A DNA stretch of 64,000 nucleotides from Rhizobiaceae bacterium (GTDB taxonomy: Bacteria; Pseudomonadota; Alphaproteobacteria; Rhizobiales; Rhizobiaceae), in the NCBI GenBank assembly GCA_017640615.1, contig JAEPQK010000007.1, positions 104,407-168,406 on the forward strand, given 5' to 3'. The position numbers and the translations under genes were made by a program. The notes beneath the pieces were generated by a model. The model was not told the DNA's origin. It worked only from the letters and a program-made list of their open reading frames with translations, and made no database searches. This document shows positions 53,886-62,743 of the stretch, one piece after another. Numbering within the stretch: the stretch's first letter is position 1; the number at the start of each line of letters is the position of its first letter.

Positions 53886-54329
53886 ATGAAAAAGCTTCTC
53901 TCGGCATTCGCAATTGGCGGCGTTTTCGGCGTCGGCATCGCTATTTCGGGCATGATCAACCCCGCCAAGGTGCTCAATTTCTTTGACTTTGCAGGCACAT
54001 GGGATCCCTCTCTGGCATTCGTCATGGGCGGTGCCGTAGTCGTTGCCTTCGTGGGCTTTCGTCTCATTTTCGGCAGCCGCGCACGCCCCATTTTCGAGAA
54101 CAGCTTCGCGTTGCCAACGCGCAAGGACATCGACGGCACGCTGGTCGGCGGCTCTGCGGTTTTCGGCATTGGCTGGGGTATCGCGGGCTTCTGCCCAGGC
54201 GGCGCTGTGCCGGCGCTCGGTCTTCTCCATTGGGAGACACCGATTTTCCTCGCTGCTATGATTGCCGGGATGATCGTGGCCCGGCTGGTGCAGGCCCGAG
54301 CGACGACTGCAAACGCACCCGTTGGCTGA
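53886..54329 (+). CDS. YeeE/YedE-family (half-size, DUF6691-like) membrane protein
   Basis: 147 aa, 4 TM, GIGWGIAGFCPGG motif. Pairs with the upstream half-size protein. Confidence 0.75.
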   Translation: MKKLLSAFAIGGVFGVGIAISGMINPAKVLNFFDFAGTWDPSLAFVMGGAVVVAFVGFRLIFGSRARPIFENSFALPTRKDIDGTLVGGSAVFGIGWGIAGFCPGGAVPALGLLHWETPIFLAAMIAGMIVARLVQARATTANAPVG

Positions 54330-54354
54330 GATCGCATTCTTGAGGAGCATCAGG

Positions 54355-55245
54355 ATGACCATCCCCTTCGAGCCCGATACGAGTGTAAAACCGGGAGTGA
54401 TCGCCTTCTTCGATGCCGCGACCAATACGGTTTCCTACATCGTCAAGGACCCGGCGTCGGATGCCTGCGCCGTCATCGATTCGGTTATGGATATCGACTA
54501 CGCCGCCGGCCGGATCACCTATGACGGCGCCGACAGGATCATCGAGCACATCCGCTCAAATGGCTGGAAAGCAGAGTGGATCATCGAGACGCATGTGCAT
54601 GCCGACCATTTGTCGGCGGCGCCCTACATCCAGCAGATGATCGGCGGCAAACTAGGCATCGGCGAGAACATCACCATCGTGCAAGACACGTTTGGCAAGA
54701 TTTTCAACGAAGGCACGGAATTCCAGCGCGACGGTTCACAATTCGACCGGCTGTTCAAGGATGGCGACAGCTATCAGATCGGCTCGCTAACCGCCTACGC
54801 CATGCACACACCTGGGCATACGCCTGCCTGCATGACACATGTGATCGGTGATGCAGCCTTTGTCGGCGATACGCTTTTCATGCCCGATGGCGGCTCCGCG
54901 CGCGCCGATTTCCCCGGGGGCGACGCGCGCGAGCTTTACCGTTCGATCATGCGGGTTCTGGAACTGCCGGACGAAATGCGCCTCTTCATCTGCCATGACT
55001 ACGGCCCCAACGGCCGCGACATCAAATGGGAAACGACTGTAGCCGAAGAGCGCGAACACAACATCCATGTGCATAGCGGCGTGAGCGAAGACGAGTTCGT
55101 GGCGGTGCGTGAGGCGCGCGATGCGACGCTCGCCATGCCGAAGCTGATCATTCCATCATTGCAAGTAAACATGCGCGCAGGGCAATTGCCGCCGAAGGAC
55201 CGGGATGGCAGAACCTTCCTGAAGGTGCCGGTCAACCAACTCTGA
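54355..55245 (+). CDS. MBL-fold persulfide dioxygenase (ETHE1/Blh-like)
   Basis: Metal motif ETHVHADHLS, later HTPGHTPAC and GDTLFMPDGG. Start at MTIPFEPD, preceded by GAGGAG. Sits in the BigR operon. Confidence 0.8.
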   Translation: MTIPFEPDTSVKPGVIAFFDAATNTVSYIVKDPASDACAVIDSVMDIDYAAGRITYDGADRIIEHIRSNGWKAEWIIETHVHADHLSAAPYIQQMIGGKLGIGENITIVQDTFGKIFNEGTEFQRDGSQFDRLFKDGDSYQIGSLTAYAMHTPGHTPACMTHVIGDAAFVGDTLFMPDGGSARADFPGGDARELYRSIMRVLELPDEMRLFICHDYGPNGRDIKWETTVAEEREHNIHVHSGVSEDEFVAVREARDATLAMPKLIIPSLQVNMRAGQLPPKDRDGRTFLKVPVNQL

Positions 55246-55272
55246 CGGCCGATCGAGGAACAAGAGGACATA

Positions 55273-55605
55273 ATGGAAATCAAACAAGTCGCAGACGGCT
55301 TCGCCGTTTCGCCGCAAATCAGCGCTTCCGACGTCGCGGCCATCAAGGATGCCGGCTTTCGCAGCATTATCTGCAATCGGCCCGACAATGAAGACGGGGC
55401 GGTTCCGCATGGCCAGGTCGAAGCAGCTGCAATCGACGCCGGGTTGAACTTCCGCTACCTGCCGGCAATCAGCGGTCAGCTCACGCAGGCTAATGTAGAC
55501 GAGATGGCGACCGCGCTCGGCGAACTCGAAGGCCCGGTACTGGCCTATTGCCGCTCGGGCGCGCGCAGCACCAACCTCTACATGATGGCCAGCCAGAAGG
55601 GCTGA
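55273..55605 (+). CDS. DUF442/TIGR01244-family sulfurtransferase-like protein
   Basis: 110 aa. IICNRPDNE...AYCRSGARS (CX5R-like loop) is typical of the DUF442 domain found fused to Blh in other bacteria. Confidence 0.7.
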   Translation: MEIKQVADGFAVSPQISASDVAAIKDAGFRSIICNRPDNEDGAVPHGQVEAAAIDAGLNFRYLPAISGQLTQANVDEMATALGELEGPVLAYCRSGARSTNLYMMASQKG

Positions 55606-55621
55606 CACGCAGCGCGTCGGC

Positions 55622-56944
55622 TCAGTACAATAGCCGCATCAGATAGAGCGTGATCGTGGGGAAGGCGGCCAACAGCGCCACCCGTGCAATATCGGTCGCC
55701 ACAAAGGGCATCACACCGCGATAGGTGTGCTGGATCGGCGTCTGTTTTGCCATCGAATTGATGACAAAGAGGTTCATTCCAACCGGCGGCGTGATCAGCC
55801 CAACCTCCACGACGATCAGTACGAGAATACCAAACCAGATTGCAAACTCTTCAGGCGGCAGTCCGAAATCGAGTGCAGTCACGATCGGGAAGAATATCGG
55901 GATCGTCAGCAGGATCATGGACAGTGAATCCATGACACAGCCGAAAAGCAGATAGAAGAACAAGATCACCGCCAGAACCATCCAGGCATTGAAGCCCTGA
56001 TCGGTGACGAATGCTGCTGCCTGCTGCGGCAGCTGCGACAATGCCAGGAAGCTGTTGAACATCGATGCGCCGAAGACGATGAAGAAAATCATCGCCGTGG
56101 CGCTTGCCGTCGCCAGAATACTTGCCATGAAGGTTTGGCGGTTGAGACCGCCATTTGCGAGCGCAATGATGCCGGTCCCCGCCGCGCCCACCGCAGCGCC
56201 CTCGGTTGGAGTGAACCAGCCAAGATAGATGCCGCCGACCACCGTGATGAAGACGAGCAGTACGGGCCAGACCTCGATGAGCGCCGCAAACCTCTCCGCA
56301 TAGGGCGCACGTTCGCGCATTCCAGCCGAGCCGGGGCTGACGCGCACATAGATCGCAATCGCAAGCATGTAGCCGATCGCCGCCAAAATGCCCGGCACGA
56401 ACGCCGCGACAAACAGCTTGGCAATGTTCTGCTCCGTCAGGATCGCGTAAATGACCAGGATCACCGACGGCGGAATGAGAATGCCAAGCGTGCCGCCGGC
56501 GGCAAGCGTGCCGGTGGCCAGAGCGCCCGAATAGCCGTAGCGCCTGAGCTCCGGCAGCGCGACCTGGCTCATCGTGGCGGCTGTTGCTAGCGAGGAGCCG
56601 CAAATGGCGCCGAAGCCCGCGCAGGCGCCGACGGCCGCCATCGCGACTCCGCCCTTTCGATGGCCCAGCCAGGTTTCGGCCGCGTTGAAAAGTGCACGCG
56701 ACATACCGCCAAGCGTTGCGAACTGTCCCATCAAGAGAAACAGCGGAACAATCGACAATGAGTAGCTGGAGAAGGTCGAATAGGTTTCGCCCTTCAGTTT
56801 GGACAGGATCGGGTTCCACGAACCGAAGATGATGTAGCTGCCGACCGTGCCGCAGATCAGCATCGCCAAGCCGATTGGTATCCTGAGAAAGATAAGCAGG
56901 ATCAGGATCGGGAAGGACAGGAATCCGAGCTCGAGATTGCTCAC
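55622..56944 (-). CDS. dctM: TRAP transporter large permease (DctM family)
   Basis: Start set to GTG 56944 (GTGA overlap with the dctQ stop), giving SNLELGFLSFPILILLIFLRIPIGLAMLICG... Polytopic DctM-like sequence. Confidence 0.9.
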   Translation of the reverse strand: MSNLELGFLSFPILILLIFLRIPIGLAMLICGTVGSYIIFGSWNPILSKLKGETYSTFSSYSLSIVPLFLLMGQFATLGGMSRALFNAAETWLGHRKGGVAMAAVGACAGFGAICGSSLATAATMSQVALPELRRYGYSGALATGTLAAGGTLGILIPPSVILVIYAILTEQNIAKLFVAAFVPGILAAIGYMLAIAIYVRVSPGSAGMRERAPYAERFAALIEVWPVLLVFITVVGGIYLGWFTPTEGAAVGAAGTGIIALANGGLNRQTFMASILATASATAMIFFIVFGASMFNSFLALSQLPQQAAAFVTDQGFNAWMVLAVILFFYLLFGCVMDSLSMILLTIPIFFPIVTALDFGLPPEEFAIWFGILVLIVVEVGLITPPVGMNLFVINSMAKQTPIQHTYRGVMPFVATDIARVALLAAFPTITLYLMRLLY

Positions 56945-57561
56945 TCGCCGCCTCCGCCCGGGCTGCGCAGAGACACGCCGGTGGCCAGTTCGCGGCCACG
57001 CTCGTAAAGCAAGAACAGCGAGACGAAGACGCCAATGGCGGCGGCGGCCATGCAGGCGGCGAACGCCCACCAGATCGGGAACTGCAGAATGAAGGTGGTT
57101 TCGTTATAGCGAATTTTGTCGAGCATGCCGTACCAGAGCCGCCAAGCCACCACGACGATGAATACCGTCATCAGCAGCTCGGTTATGAAATCGATCACGC
57201 GGTTGGTGCGCGCGCTCAGGAAGTTGGTGAAGATGTCGACGGTCGCGTGACCGCGGGCATATTGGCACCACGGCAGAAACGAGAAGATAGCGAAGGCGAC
57301 GCCAGCTTCGACCAGCTCGAAATCGCCCGGCACATTGCCGACAGAGAATGTCCAGCCACCGATATCGATATCGATGTTGACCAGCCATAGCGCACCCTCG
57401 CGCAGCAATTGCAGGGGGCCGCCGGTGTCGCCATGAGCAAATGTTCCAATCGCACGGCCGGTAATGCTGACCACCGTCAGCACCGTCAGCACGATCAGCA
57501 CCACACCACCATATGCAGCGAGTGCGCGTGCGAGCCGTTCGACGAAGGCCGAGAGGCTCAT
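56941..57561 (-). CDS. dctQ: TRAP transporter small permease (DctQ family)
   Basis: Start at MSLSAFVERLARALA, preceded by GGGGAG. 4 TM. Confidence 0.8.
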   Translation of the reverse strand: MSLSAFVERLARALAAYGGVVLIVLTVLTVVSITGRAIGTFAHGDTGGPLQLLREGALWLVNIDIDIGGWTFSVGNVPGDFELVEAGVAFAIFSFLPWCQYARGHATVDIFTNFLSARTNRVIDFITELLMTVFIVVVAWRLWYGMLDKIRYNETTFILQFPIWWAFAACMAAAAIGVFVSLFLLYERGRELATGVSLRSPGGGGE

Positions 57562-57673
57562 TGCCCTGCTCCCCTGGATCGTTCCCCGCATGCCATCACC
57601 CGCCGGACAGCGGGGCAGCGCGCATGTTACTGTTATATCGCATAACAGTGGAAAGACAACATGATCGCCCGGT

Positions 57674-57697
57674 GGGTGGGACCAACCGGTCCCACCC
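57674..57697 (-). promoter_or_regulatory. intercistronic hairpin between dctP and dctQ
   Basis: GGGTGGGACC-AACC-GGTCCCACCC (10-bp perfect stem), 22 nt downstream of the dctP stop within a 157-nt dctP-dctQ spacer. Confidence 0.5.
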
Positions 57698-57718
57698 GTA
57701 AGTAGCGTCTACCAAGGC

Positions 57719-58768
57719 TCACTGCGTGCTGGTGTACTTGTCGATCAGCGAGCGCGCCTCGTCGATCAGCGCCTGACCGTCGATGCCCTTGGCCGTCATT
57801 TCGGCGATCCAGTTGTCGATGACCGGCTGGGCGGCTGCCTTCCAGGCTTCCACCTCTTCGGCGCTCAGCTCGATGATGTTGTTACCTCGAGACTGCGCGA
57901 TTTCGAGGCCCGGCGCATCATATTCCTGCATCGTCTTGCCGGCCCAGGCCGACAGCTCGGCGCCGGCATTGTCGTCGATCACCTTTTTCAGGTCATCCGG
58001 CAGGCCTTCATAGCTGTCCTTGTTCATGGCCAGCACGAAGGTGGTTGTGTAGAGCGCGTGATCGCCGCCGAAGCTGGTATGGTTGCTCACCAATTCCGCT
58101 ACCTTGAGCGCCGGCGTCACCTCCCACGGGATAACCGTTGCGTCGATCACGCCCTTGGACAGTGCCTCGGTCACCTGCGGAACCGGCATACCGACCGGCG
58201 ATGCACCGAATTCAGTGAACAGGGCATTGATGACGCGCGTGGGCGCGCGGACCTTGAGGCCTTTCAGATCGTCCAGTGTGGTCACCGGCGATTTTGAGTG
58301 AATCAGGCCCGGCCCATGAACCCAGGTGCCCAGAATATGAAGGTCCCTGAACTCACTGTCCTTCATGTGCTTTTCGAACATATCCCAATAGGCGCGGGAT
58401 GTCGCTTCGGCGTTGGTCATCATGAAGGGCAGTTCGAAGACTTCCGTGCTCGGGAAGCGGCCCGGCGTGTAGCCCGGCAGTGCCCACACCATGTCGACCA
58501 CACCGTCGGTCGCCTGATCGATGAGCTGCGGCGGCGTGCCGCCCAGCGTCATGGCCGGGAAGCGTTCAATCTTGATGCGGCCGTCGGACGCCGCCTCGAC
58601 GCGATCAGCCCAGGGGTCGAGAATATGGGCCGGCACATTTGCCTGCGGCGGCAGGAACTGGTGAAGCCGTAGCGTGACTTCCTGCGCGGCGGCGCTGCTG
58701 GCGCCTGCAATCGCGCCCGCAGCTGCCATCAGGCCCGCCAGCAGAATGCGTCTGGTAACTGAAATCAT
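57719..58768 (-). CDS. dctP: TRAP transporter substrate-binding protein (DctP family)
   Basis: Signal peptide MISVTRRILLAGLMAAAGAIAGASSAAAQE. DctP-like length. GGGAGG RBS. Confidence 0.9.
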   Translation of the reverse strand: MISVTRRILLAGLMAAAGAIAGASSAAAQEVTLRLHQFLPPQANVPAHILDPWADRVEAASDGRIKIERFPAMTLGGTPPQLIDQATDGVVDMVWALPGYTPGRFPSTEVFELPFMMTNAEATSRAYWDMFEKHMKDSEFRDLHILGTWVHGPGLIHSKSPVTTLDDLKGLKVRAPTRVINALFTEFGASPVGMPVPQVTEALSKGVIDATVIPWEVTPALKVAELVSNHTSFGGDHALYTTTFVLAMNKDSYEGLPDDLKKVIDDNAGAELSAWAGKTMQEYDAPGLEIAQSRGNNIIELSAEEVEAWKAAAQPVIDNWIAEMTAKGIDGQALIDEARSLIDKYTSTQ

Positions 58769-58864
58769 GTCTATCCTCCCGAGGTGTATGCGGCGCGTTT
58801 TCGCGCGGTAAATCGCCGGCGCATGTAACCGGCAAAAAATGTAACTAAAAAGGTGGTGGCAGCG

Positions 58865-59338
58865 CTAGGTGTCGAGCGGTAGCGCGTTGGTCTCCTTGAG
58901 CGTTTCAAGCACGATCGCGGTCTTGACATGCTGGACGCTGTCATGAGGCAGCAACACGCCATTGACGAAATCAGCCAGCGAGCGAAGATCGGGCGTAACC
59001 ACCTTCAGAATGTAATCCATCTCACCGGTCAGCGCATGCGCCTCCTGCACCTCCGGCAGGCGCTCCAGAAGCCGCGCGAAATGGCGGGCGTTGTCACGAT
59101 TGTGCGTGGAGAGCGTTACGGTAATGATGTTGACCAGCGGGAACCCCAACCGCTCACGGTCGAGCACGGCGCGATAGCCGCGCACATAGCCCTCGTCCTC
59201 CAGCCGCTGGCGGCGGCGCGAACATTGGGATGGCGACAGATTCACCTTGGCCGAGAGCTCATTGTTGGTCAGCCGCGCATCCTGCTGCAGGAGCGCGAGT
59301 ATCTTGCGGTCAAACCCGTCAAGTTGCTCGGAATTCAT
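58865..59338 (-). CDS. Lrp/AsnC-family transcriptional regulator
   Basis: Start set to MNSEQLDGFDRKILALLQQDARLTNNELSAKVNLSPSQCSRRRQRLEDEGYV. Divergent from hppD. Confidence 0.9.
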   Translation of the reverse strand: MNSEQLDGFDRKILALLQQDARLTNNELSAKVNLSPSQCSRRRQRLEDEGYVRGYRAVLDRERLGFPLVNIITVTLSTHNRDNARHFARLLERLPEVQEAHALTGEMDYILKVVTPDLRSLADFVNGVLLPHDSVQHVKTAIVLETLKETNALPLDT

Positions 59339-59464
59339 GTAGAACGCTCCGCAGTCGCGCAAAGTATGCGAAAAATCCCCTCGCAAGGCATCAGAACGCA
59401 AACTCCGTGCGGACGCAAGGGCGTATGCTGATGAAAGTGAGTTTCCAATCCCCGGAGGAATGCT

Positions 59465-60577
59465 ATGGGTCCCTTCCCGCACGACGCACCGCCTGCCAAG
59501 ATCAGCGACGAAAACCCGGCTGGAACCGACGGGTTCGAATTCGTCGAATTTGCTCATGCCGAGCCGGCAAAGCTCGAAGAGCTGTTCACGCGAATGGGCT
59601 ACACCAAGGTAGCCACACATAAATCGAAGGCGATTTCAGTCTGGCGGCAGGGCGATATCAACTACGTCATCAATGCCGAACCCGGCTCGCACGCCATGCG
59701 CTTCGTGGAAGAGCACGGTCCGTGCGCACCTTCGATGGCTTGGCGCGTGGTCGATGCGGACCACGCCTTCAAACATGCGGTCGCCAAAGGCGCGACGCCC
59801 TATGACGGCGACGACAAGACACTCGATGCGCCGGCAATCGTCGGCATCGGCGGTTCGCTGCTCTATTTCATCGAGACCTACGGCGACAAAGGCTCGACCT
59901 ATGACGCCGAGTTCGAATGGACGGGTGAGCGCGACCCGAAGCCCGAAGGCGTCGGCTTCTATTATCTCGACCACCTGACCCACAATGTGTTTCGCGGAAA
60001 CATGGACAAGTGGTGGGATTTCTACCGCGATCTATTCGGCTTTAAGCAGATTCACTTCTTCGACATCGATGGCCGGATCACCGGGCTCGTCAGCCGTGCG
60101 ATCACCTCGCCCTGCGGCAAAATCCGCATTCCGCTGAACGAGTCGAAGGACGACACCAGCCAGATCGCGGAATATCTGCGCAAATACAAAGGCGAAGGCA
60201 TTCAGCACATCGCAGTCGGCACCGATGAAATCTACGACGCGACCGACCGGCTAGCCGCCAACGAACTGAAATTCATGCCCGGCCCGCCGGACACCTATTA
60301 CGACATGTCATTCGACCGCGTGAACGGCCATGACGAGCCGGTCGAGCGGATGAAAAAGCACGGCATCCTTATCGACGGCGAAGGCGTCGTCGATGGCGGC
60401 ATGACCAAGATCCTGCTGCAGATCTTCTCCAAGACCGTGATCGGCCCGATCTTCTTCGAGTTCATTCAGAGAAAGGGCGACGAAGGGTTCGGCGAGGGCA
60501 ATTTCCGCGCACTGTTCGAGTCGATCGAACAGGACCAGATCAAGCGCGGCGTGATCAAGGTCGAAGCTGCCGAATAA
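59465..60577 (+). CDS. hppD: 4-hydroxyphenylpyruvate dioxygenase
   Basis: 370 aa. GFEFVEFA..., GIQHIAVGTDEIY and FFEFIQRKGDEGFGEGNFRALFESIE are hallmark HPPD motifs. Confidence 0.9.
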   Translation: MGPFPHDAPPAKISDENPAGTDGFEFVEFAHAEPAKLEELFTRMGYTKVATHKSKAISVWRQGDINYVINAEPGSHAMRFVEEHGPCAPSMAWRVVDADHAFKHAVAKGATPYDGDDKTLDAPAIVGIGGSLLYFIETYGDKGSTYDAEFEWTGERDPKPEGVGFYYLDHLTHNVFRGNMDKWWDFYRDLFGFKQIHFFDIDGRITGLVSRAITSPCGKIRIPLNESKDDTSQIAEYLRKYKGEGIQHIAVGTDEIYDATDRLAANELKFMPGPPDTYYDMSFDRVNGHDEPVERMKKHGILIDGEGVVDGGMTKILLQIFSKTVIGPIFFEFIQRKGDEGFGEGNFRALFESIEQDQIKRGVIKVEAAE

Positions 60578-60589
60578 TGACGAGTTCTG

Positions 60590-60628
60590 TGCGTCCTTCG
60601 CGGATCGCGAAGGACGCATCTATTTTTT
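60590..60628 (+). terminator. rho-independent terminator of hppD built from repeat block A/A'
   Basis: TGCGTCCTTCGCG-GAT-CGCGAAGGACGCA (13-bp stem) followed by TCTATTTTTT. The T-tract overlaps the last codons of the convergent DUF2783-like gene. Confidence 0.7.
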
Positions 60629-60814
60629 CGCGGCTGCCAGCGCCTTTTTCAACGCTTCGAGATCGCCCACCTGGTTGGCCAGCAAAAGCACCAGCCGGGC
60701 ATTCAGGCGCGCGCTTTCTTCAAAGCTCAGCCCCTCATGCGCGGCCATGAGCGCGGCGTAGAAATCATCCCCCGCCGCACCCAGCCGATCACGGCCGATA
60801 TCGCCCAAGCTCAT
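60620..60814 (-). CDS. DUF2783-like small protein (possible MhaB-type hydroxylase coupling protein)
   Basis: 64 aa. 4-nt overlap with the upstream FAD monooxygenase gene. The family assignment is from memory of the DUF2783/monooxygenase pairing. Confidence 0.6.
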   Translation of the reverse strand: MSLGDIGRDRLGAAGDDFYAALMAAHEGLSFEESARLNARLVLLLANQVGDLEALKKALAAAKK

Positions 60815-62433
60815 AGAGCCCTCCCCGTCGCACGCTTCAGCGCAGCCGCCAGGTCGCCTGCGTTTGGCTCGCGAAAGCGCGCCGCAACGTGCTGGTCGGG
60901 GCGCAGCAGATAGACATTGCCGGCACCGTAGCGCCGAGCCACCAGCCCCTCCACATCGAAAAGCACCGAACCATCATTGGCACGCCGCGCGGGGTCGCCT
61001 GTCACCGCGATGCAGGCGAGATCGTCAGGCAATCCGGCCGGAATTTCGGCATCAACAGCCATGACCGCAAAGCCGCCTCCGCAATGCCCCAGCAGCCAGC
61101 CCGGGCCAGTCTTTCCATTGGCCACCGGGGCGTCCGGGATCGCTTCGCCGGGCGCGATGCCTTCACCCTTGCCCGCAGCCGTCTGAAGCTGCATGCCAGC
61201 CAGTGAGCAGGGCCGCGACAGGCGGCCCGAATTCACCAGGCGGCGGGCAAATTCATGCTCGCCGGCGAGGTCCAGTACCGCCTCGCGAAACATCTTCTCC
61301 ATCTCGCTTTTCGGCGTCATGAACGATGTCGCGCGCGCCGAATTGGTGATGTTTTCGTCGGAGCCGTGGGTGCGCTCCTCATCATAGGTTTCGATCAGGC
61401 TTTCGGGCGCCTCGCCGCGCAGCACCGCCGCCAGTTTCCAGATCAGATTGTCCGTGTCCTGAATGCCGCCATTTCCGCCGCGCGCACCGAAGGGGGAAAC
61501 GATATGAGCGCTGTCGCCTGCGAAGACGACGCGGCCATGGACAAAGCGCTCCAGCCGCCGGCACTGAAAGGTGTAGACCGACACCCAGTCGAGCTCGAAG
61601 TTGGAATGTCCGAGCACCTTTTCGATGCGCGGAATGACGTTCTCCGGCTTCTTTTCTTCCTCAGGGTCGGCATCCCAGCCAAGCTGCAGGTCGATGCGGT
61701 AGATGTCGTCAGGCTGTTTATGCAAAAGCGCCGACTGACCTGGGTGGAAAGTCGGCTCGAACCAGAACCAGCGTTCGGACGGGAAGTCCGCTTTCATCTC
61801 GACATCGGCAATGAGGAAGCGTTCCTCGAATATCCGGCCTTCAAATTCGAGGCCCATCATGGTGCGCAGCGGCGAGCGTGCGCCATCGCAGGCAATCAGC
61901 CAATCGGCCTCGAGCTGATAGGAGCCGTCCGGCGTATCGATGTCCACGGTGACGCTGTCGGCAGTCCGTTCTAGCCCGGTGACTTTGTTGTTCCAGCGCA
62001 GGTCGATGAGGCCGGGGAAGTCCGCGGCGCGATCGACCAGATATTCTTCCACGTAATATTGCTGAAGGTTGATGAAGGCCGGCATTTTGTGCCCAGCCTC
62101 CGGCAGCAGATCGAAGTTCCAGACTTCGCGGTCGCGATGGAACAGGCGGCCGACCTTCCAGGTCACGCCCTTTTCGACCATGCGCTCGCCGACACCGAGC
62201 CGGTCGAAAATCTCCAGTGTGCGCTTCGACCAGCAGATCGCACGGCTGCCCAGCGAGACGACGTTGTTGTCGTCGAGTACCACGCAGCGCACGCCATGCA
62301 GCGCGCAGTCGATCGCCGCCGCCAGCCCGACCGGCCCCGCGCCAACGATGATGACCGAGTCGCGCTCGCCTTTTGCGCCCACCAGCTCGGGCGGCGGCGA
62401 ATAGGGGAAGGGCTGATAGGCGTAGCGCGGCAT
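60811..62433 (-). CDS. FAD-dependent aromatic-ring monooxygenase (MhpA/PheA/MhaA-like)
   Basis: N-terminal VIIVGAGPVGLAAAIDCALHG, GDSAHIVSPFGARGGNGGIQD motif, 540 aa. Confidence 0.85.
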   Translation of the reverse strand: MPRYAYQPFPYSPPPELVGAKGERDSVIIVGAGPVGLAAAIDCALHGVRCVVLDDNNVVSLGSRAICWSKRTLEIFDRLGVGERMVEKGVTWKVGRLFHRDREVWNFDLLPEAGHKMPAFINLQQYYVEEYLVDRAADFPGLIDLRWNNKVTGLERTADSVTVDIDTPDGSYQLEADWLIACDGARSPLRTMMGLEFEGRIFEERFLIADVEMKADFPSERWFWFEPTFHPGQSALLHKQPDDIYRIDLQLGWDADPEEEKKPENVIPRIEKVLGHSNFELDWVSVYTFQCRRLERFVHGRVVFAGDSAHIVSPFGARGGNGGIQDTDNLIWKLAAVLRGEAPESLIETYDEERTHGSDENITNSARATSFMTPKSEMEKMFREAVLDLAGEHEFARRLVNSGRLSRPCSLAGMQLQTAAGKGEGIAPGEAIPDAPVANGKTGPGWLLGHCGGGFAVMAVDAEIPAGLPDDLACIAVTGDPARRANDGSVLFDVEGLVARRYGAGNVYLLRPDQHVAARFREPNAGDLAAALKRATGRAL

Positions 62434-62741
62434 CAGGCGGAAGGTGCGTCCGGCACACCGAGAGTGATGAACAGTGCGAAAAATACGAAGCCGCCAAGAA
62501 TGATAAGCAGCCGCCGGTTCATCTGTCGGCGCAGCTCCTGCGTATCATTGTCCTGAGCGACGCCCCTGTTCATCGCCACCGCCCAAATATTGGCGTAGGT
62601 CGGCAGCCCCCATTTCTGGCGTCCGCTGATGCCTGAGCGGTTTTCGACCGCGTAGCAAAGCCTGATTGCATCAACGAAGTTGACGATCATGGCGAGGCCC
62701 CAGAAGCCCGAAACCAGAATGAAAATCGTACCGTAGTCCAT
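62433..62741 (-). CDS. small membrane protein (2 TM), unknown function
   Basis: MDYGTIFILVSGFWGLAMIVNFV ... LLIILGGFVFFALFITLGV. Start is 2 nt after the upstream stop, and its stop overlaps the monooxygenase start. Confidence 0.45.
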   Translation of the reverse strand: MDYGTIFILVSGFWGLAMIVNFVDAIRLCYAVENRSGISGRQKWGLPTYANIWAVAMNRGVAQDNDTQELRRQMNRRLLIILGGFVFFALFITLGVPDAPSA

Positions 62742-62743
62742 CT

